64,000 nucleotides of DNA. Origin: an uncultured Acidobacteriota bacterium. GTDB lineage: Bacteria; Acidobacteriota; Vicinamibacteria; Fen-336. The stretch is from contig OY970399.1 of assembly GCA_963720545.1 (NCBI GenBank), positions 2,432,001 through 2,496,000 of the forward strand. The letters run 5' to 3'. The position numbers and the translations under genes are program-made. Positions 58,490-64,000 of the stretch are shown here, piece by piece; position 1 is the stretch's first letter; every line of letters starts with the position of its first letter. The notes under the pieces were generated by a model. It did no database searches and had not been told where the DNA came from. It worked only from the letters and a program-made list of their open reading frames with translations.

Positions 58490-59491
58490 TTACTTCGGCT
58501 GGTATATCTGGTCGAACACGCCGCCGTCGGCGAAGTGCGTCTTCTGCGCGTTACCCCAGCCGCCGAAGGCGCCGTCGATCGTGACCAGGTTGACCTTGGG
58601 GAACGTGGACGCGTACTTTTGCGCGACGGCCGCGAGCCGCGGGCGGTAGTAGTGCCGCGCCGCGATCTCCTGGCCTTCCGGGGTGTAGAGGAATTCCAGG
58701 TACGCCTGCGCGGCGGCGCGCGTACCCTTGCGGTCCACGACCTTGTCGACCACGGTCACCGGCGGCTCGGCAAGGATGCTGAGTGACGGCACCACCACGT
58801 CCACCTTGCCCGGCCCCAGCTCCTTGATGGAGAGGAAAGCCTCGTTCTCCCAGGCGAGCAGCACGTCGCCGATGCCGCGCTGGACGAAGGTGTTGGTGGC
58901 GCCGCGCGCGCCGGAGTCGAGCACCGGGACGTTGCGGAACAAGGCGCTCACGAATTCGCGCGCCTTGGCGTCGCTGCCGCCCGGCTGCTTCATGGCGTAA
59001 GCCCAGGCCGCCAGATAGTTCCAGCGCGCACCGCCCGAAGTCTTCGGGTTGGGGGTGATCACCTGGATGCCCGGCTTCACCAGGTCGTTCCAGTCCTTGA
59101 TGCCCTTGGGGTTGCCCTTGCGCACCAGGAACACGATCGTCGAGGTGTAGGGCGCCGAGTTGTTGCCGAGCCGCTTCTGCCAGGCCTTGTCGAGGAGCCC
59201 GGCGGACGCGATGGCATCGATGTCGTACGCGAGCGCCAGCGTCACGACGTCCGCTTCGAGGCCGTCGATCACGGCGCGTGCCTGCTTGCCCGAGCCGCCG
59301 TGCGACTGCTGCACGGTCACGTCCTTGCCGGTCTTCGCCTTGTACTGCTTCGCGAATGCGGCGTTCACGTCCTGGTACAGCTCGCGGGTCGGGTCGTAGG
59401 AAACGTTCAACAGCTCCTGTGCTGCGGCCGGCCCCGCGACCGTGCTGGCAAGGGCCAACGCGGCTGCGGCAATCGTTCTGGCTATGGACAT
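58490..59491 (-). CDS. sbp: Sulfate ABC transporter substrate-binding protein
   Basis: [34 protein letters not shown] and WENEA. Confidence 0.94.
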   Translation of the reverse strand: MSIARTIAAAALALASTVAGPAAAQELLNVSYDPTRELYQDVNAAFAKQYKAKTGKDVTVQQSHGGSGKQARAVIDGLEADVVTLALAYDIDAIASAGLLDKAWQKRLGNNSAPYTSTIVFLVRKGNPKGIKDWNDLVKPGIQVITPNPKTSGGARWNYLAAWAYAMKQPGGSDAKAREFVSALFRNVPVLDSGARGATNTFVQRGIGDVLLAWENEAFLSIKELGPGKVDVVVPSLSILAEPPVTVVDKVVDRKGTRAAAQAYLEFLYTPEGQEIAARHYYRPRLAAVAQKYASTFPKVNLVTIDGAFGGWGNAQKTHFADGGVFDQIYQPK

Positions 59492-59502
59492 GGGATGACT
59501 CC

Positions 59503-60753
59503 TTAGAAACTGATCTGCGTGCGGATGAAGATGGTGTTCTCGGCATCGCGGTTGCCGCCGTCGGCGGCGCCGCCCTTGAAATTGACGTGCTCGAAATCGA
59601 AAACCTGCTTGACGTTGCGGGTGAGCGACCAGTTGACGCCGAGCGTCCACGCCGACATGCTGCGCGGCGACTTGGCGGGATCGACGAGCGCCGCCGCAAT
59701 GGTGCTTTCGCCCAGCTCGAACTTGTGGACGCGCGCCGCGAGCTCAATGGCGCCCCACTGGCCCTTCGAAGGATCGAACGGATTCTTCGGCCGCACGCCG
59801 GCGAACGACGCCTTCTCGCCGGTGAGGACGAAAGTGGCCGACGTCTGCCACGCCTTGGAACGGAAGTCGAAGTGGTCGCCGGCGACGTTGCGGACCCGCG
59901 AGCGGGACCGCGCGTATTCGGCGAGCAGGCCGAAGGGCCCCGTGTAGTACGAAAGCTGCGGCGAATAGCGCCGGCGCGTGCCGTCGGCGGTGATGCCGGT
60001 GGCTGCCGTGATGACGCTGATCTGGCCGCCCGAGCGGTAGGCGGGCAGGGTGCCCGTCTGCTTGCCGGTGGTGCCCGAGACGCCGAAGCTCAGGTCCTTG
60101 AGCGCCGACTTGCCCCTGGCGAACGGCGACAGCATCACCCGGCCCGCGAGGTCCTTGCCGTCCTCCGTGTCGCCGTCGACGCTGCCGCCGTCGGGAGCGC
60201 CGTCGAGCACCGCGGCCGCGTAGTTCACGAGGCCCTTGCCGAGTTCGCCGTGGACCATGATGCCGAGGTCGCGGTTGGGGAGGACGTTCGTGGGAAAGGC
60301 GCGTTCCACGAACGAGATCGCCGTGGCCGACTGCAGCCGCTCGAGGCCCACCGGCGACTTGTACTTGCCGACCTGGACCGAGAACGCGGGCGAGGGCTTG
60401 AAGTCGAGCCACGCCTCCTGCAGCACGGTCGTGCCCTGGCCGAAGTCGGGCATGATGCGGAAATCGAAGTACTTGCCCAGGGCGCCTTGCAGGATGGGGC
60501 GCACGCGACGCAGCAGGAAGGTGTCGGTGGCGAGCGAGCCGTCGTCGCCCATGAAGAAGCGGCCGTCGAAGTGCACGTAGCCGCGCAGCTGCAGGCGGAA
60601 CTCGCCGTCGGCGCTTTGCAGGGTGAAGCCGTCGGCACCGGCAGATGCGGCGGGTTTCGCCGGAGCCGGTGTTGGCGACGGCGCCGGGTCTTGGGCGCGG
60701 CCGGGCGCGGCCGTGAGCAGCGCAGCGGCCAGGAACAGGGGTACGGATCTCAT
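59503..60753 (-). CDS. OprO/OprP family anion-selective porin
   Basis: [27 protein letters not shown] and a C-terminal Phe. Signal peptide present. Confidence 0.85.
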   Translation of the reverse strand: MRSVPLFLAAALLTAAPGRAQDPAPSPTPAPAKPAASAGADGFTLQSADGEFRLQLRGYVHFDGRFFMGDDGSLATDTFLLRRVRPILQGALGKYFDFRIMPDFGQGTTVLQEAWLDFKPSPAFSVQVGKYKSPVGLERLQSATAISFVERAFPTNVLPNRDLGIMVHGELGKGLVNYAAAVLDGAPDGGSVDGDTEDGKDLAGRVMLSPFARGKSALKDLSFGVSGTTGKQTGTLPAYRSGGQISVITAATGITADGTRRRYSPQLSYYTGPFGLLAEYARSRSRVRNVAGDHFDFRSKAWQTSATFVLTGEKASFAGVRPKNPFDPSKGQWGAIELAARVHKFELGESTIAAALVDPAKSPRSMSAWTLGVNWSLTRNVKQVFDFEHVNFKGGAADGGNRDAENTIFIRTQISF

Positions 60754-60971
60754 TCGTTCGTCTCCTCAGCAGTGGGCGCGGCGCCGCCGCCTTTGCGGTG
60801 GGCCCGGCCGTCGTTGTCGTGCTGCAGCCTCCGGTTGACCGGCCGGCTTTCCTCCGTGAAGCGAATCTTTTCGCGCGTCTCCACCTGCACCACGCGCCCG
60901 TCGTGCACCACCACTTCGACGGAGCCGTAGCGCAGGGAATCCACGGCGCGGCGCACTGCCACTTCCCACAT
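60750..60971 (-). CDS. YezD/DUF2292 (OscA-like) small protein
   Basis: LRYGSVEVVVHDGRVVQVETREKIR. Start placed at ATG 60971 because ATG 61007 overlaps the candidate operator. Confidence 0.82.
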   Translation of the reverse strand: MWEVAVRRAVDSLRYGSVEVVVHDGRVVQVETREKIRFTEESRPVNRRLQHDNDGRAHRKGGGAAPTAEETNE

Positions 60972-60985
60972 TGCCGAGTCGTTAT

Positions 60986-61006
60986 TATCTACAGAGGTTA
61001 TAGACA
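60986..61006. promoter_or_regulatory. Candidate Rrf2 operator TATCTA-N9-TAGACA
   Basis: AT-rich near-palindrome that matches the site at 61489-61509. Confidence 0.6.
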
Positions 61007-61022
61007 TAAGTTCACAGACCCT

Positions 61023-61481
61023 TCAGGAACGCGCCTGCCTGCGCCGCGCGCGCGCCGCGAGCACGCGCCGGTTGCGCGCCACGAGGTCGGCGAGGCTGGT
61101 GTGGTCGATGATCTTCGAGGCGGCGTTGCGCACGTCGAGGAACAGGTCGAAGAGCCCGGCGTGGCGCCGCTCGGTCCGCACCCGGCTCGCCAGCTCGTCG
61201 GCGTCGCCGAACGGCGCCAGCGGCCCGTCGACGCTGCGCACGATCTCGCCCACATAGATCTCCTCGGGCGGGCGCCGCAGTCGGTACCCGCCCTCGCGGC
61301 CGCGCTGGCTCGCGAGCATGCGGGCGTTCTTCAGGGTGACGAGGATTCCCTCGAGAAACTTCTCCGGAATGTCCTCGCGCGAGGCGATCTCATGGATCTT
61401 CACCAGGCCACCGCCGCCATGGGCCTCGGCCAGGTGCGTGAGCGCCTTCAGGGCATAAAGCCCCCGGCTCGAGATCTTCAC
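61023..61481 (-). CDS. Rrf2 family regulator, CymR-like, cysteine-free
   Basis: MKISSRGLYAL, IPEKFLEGIL, SQRGREGGY and DGPLAP. Heads the sulfate uptake operon. Confidence 0.9.
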   Translation of the reverse strand: MKISSRGLYALKALTHLAEAHGGGGLVKIHEIASREDIPEKFLEGILVTLKNARMLASQRGREGGYRLRRPPEEIYVGEIVRSVDGPLAPFGDADELASRVRTERRHAGLFDLFLDVRNAASKIIDHTSLADLVARNRRVLAARARRRQARS

Positions 61482-61488
61482 CCTTTAA

Positions 61489-61509
61489 TGTCCATCGACT
61501 TACTACACT
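61489..61509. promoter_or_regulatory. Candidate Rrf2 autoregulatory operator TGTCCA-N9-TACACT
   Basis: Imperfect palindrome just upstream of the Rrf2 start, with the same spacing as 60986-61006. Confidence 0.55.
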
Positions 61510-61576
61510 AAACACAAGTCTGGCGAAAAGCGAGCACCGGCCTGAGTGGGCGCAGAAGGCCGTGAACGTCAAGGAC

Positions 61577-62938
61577 TTAGGGGATGGTGACGCTCTTGCT
61601 GGTGATGCTCCGGCTCGGATTGAAGGTGTACTGCGACAGCACGATGTTCACGACCTGCAGGGTGTAAACGCCGCTGCGGCCTTTTGTGGAAGAAACCGCT
61701 ACGCCCTTCGAGTTGGTGAAAACGTTGTCGTCCTCGCTCGTGCCGTTCGGTTTCGTCCAGCGAACCACCACCAGCGCCCCGGCCAGCGCTGCTGCGTTCT
61801 CGTCGCGCACCAGTACCCTGCCCTTGACGGCGAAACCATTGCCAGCGGGTTCGCTCAGGAACGAGATGTGCGTTGAACGCGCGCAATTGACGGTGCACTC
61901 CGGCGGCGGGGTGTTCTGCGGCGTCAACCTGACGGCGTGCGTCTGCCCGGTGAAGCTGTTCGATGCGTAGCCGACGATCTGTCCCGCGTCGTTGATGTCG
62001 TTGGCGCCGAGGAGGAACCAGCCGAGCGACGGATCGATCAGCTCATTGAGGTCGCGCAGCGTGCCCGCGTCGGTCGAGACGAATGCACGCTCCAACCCGG
62101 CGGTGGGCCGGCCTCGGCCCACCACGCGGCCGGCGGCGTTGATGCCCAGGGCAACGTTGCTCTCGCCCACGCCGCCGAGGTTCGACAAGGTGTTCCCCTC
62201 GTTGGAAACGACCGCCCGCTGGCTGTTGGCCGAAGCCGTCGTCGAGCTGCCGGCGACCCGGCCCGCCGCATTGATGTCCCAGCCAAAGCTGTGAGCGAAG
62301 CCGGGAAGCACCCCGAGGTCGGTAAAAGTTCCGTTCCGCCAGCGAAACGCGTGATAGCCGCCGGGAGCGGTCTTGTAGCCGGCGACCTGGCCGGCGTCGT
62401 TGATGCCGAGCGCGAAACCGCTGTCGCTGTTGGGCGTGATGTCCCTGAGTCCGTCCTGTTGGGTATAGAGGAACGCGTGGACTCTGCCGTTCGTGTCCGA
62501 CCGGCCGACAATCTGTCCCGCGTTATTGATGCCCCAGGCTTCGCTGTAGGAACCGGTGCCAAGCGTTCCAAGGTCCGCGATCGCGCCGCCGCTCCACATC
62601 ACGGCGTGGCCAAGGTCGGTCCCGCCGGCGTTGGCCGAGCCGACGATGGCGCCGGCTTCATTGATGTCGCGCGCCAGGGTGCGCGGCCGGTCCGGCAAGC
62701 CCGGGAGCGCCACCATGCCATCGGCGTCGGTATAGATGAACGCCCGCGTGCCGGCCGGACCCGCGGACCATCCGACCACGTTCCCGGACGCATTGATGGC
62801 TTGGGCAACGCTGCTCGTGTCGCCGGCCAGCGCGCCAAGATCCTCGACGACGTAGCTGCCCTGCGCGAGCGCGGCCCGCGCCGCGCCTGACGCCAGCAGC
62901 AGCGCACCTGCCAAAGCGACGATTCGAGTGCATTGCAT
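61577..62938 (-). CDS. Secreted HAF-repeat protein with C-terminal beta-rich domain
   Basis: About seven repeats of DLG.L.G..S.A..IN.AG.VVG...(H/R)A(F/V). Signal peptide present. Confidence 0.85.
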   Translation of the reverse strand: MQCTRIVALAGALLLASGAARAALAQGSYVVEDLGALAGDTSSVAQAINASGNVVGWSAGPAGTRAFIYTDADGMVALPGLPDRPRTLARDINEAGAIVGSANAGGTDLGHAVMWSGGAIADLGTLGTGSYSEAWGINNAGQIVGRSDTNGRVHAFLYTQQDGLRDITPNSDSGFALGINDAGQVAGYKTAPGGYHAFRWRNGTFTDLGVLPGFAHSFGWDINAAGRVAGSSTTASANSQRAVVSNEGNTLSNLGGVGESNVALGINAAGRVVGRGRPTAGLERAFVSTDAGTLRDLNELIDPSLGWFLLGANDINDAGQIVGYASNSFTGQTHAVRLTPQNTPPPECTVNCARSTHISFLSEPAGNGFAVKGRVLVRDENAAALAGALVVVRWTKPNGTSEDDNVFTNSKGVAVSSTKGRSGVYTLQVVNIVLSQYTFNPSRSITSKSVTIP

Positions 62939-63006
62939 GGCCTGGGCTCCTGATCCGTTTTTCGGGATGTGCAGCCATGTTGGGCCGTTGTCTGCTTCGC
63001 AGCCAG

Positions 63007-64000
<994 letters not shown>

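Noticed and set aside
60972..61007. Longer N-terminus for the DUF2292 protein (MSITSVDNNDSA)
   Set aside because: It overlaps the AT-rich operator-like palindrome and is more likely regulatory DNA, although this start is not excluded.
62939..63006. Possible sigma54 promoter upstream of the HAF-repeat gene
   Set aside because: The GG-to-GC spacing does not fit N10.

Overview
High-GC bacterial chromosomal window, densely coding, with about 64 genes. The gene content points to Acidobacteriota by inference: two ADOP-type duplicated ABC permeases, one paired with PadR, and tandem Acidobacterial-type VWA proteins. It mixes housekeeping genes (NAD-type IDH family, acnA, relA/spoT, rpmB, trxA, an EF-P paralog) with accessory modules. 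These are an ECF sigma/anti-sigma operon in which three exported proteins share one uncharacterised C-terminal domain; an F0-only ATP synthase operon whose subunit a is fused behind an AtpI-like domain through a signal-peptide-like linker; a RES-Xre toxin-antitoxin pair; a TolC plus two-domain multicopper oxidase unit; a CheB-CheR-PAS-kinase/NarL/stand-alone CheB cluster; and an Rrf2-led sulfate uptake operon with two matching operator candidates. Candidate sigma54, ECF, bidirectional and leaderless promoters are readable in the intergenic DNA. I saw no rRNA, tRNA, CRISPR array, transposase, integrase or phage structural gene. All calls come from reading motifs by eye, no database search was run, and many start codons were re-picked from the ORF track.
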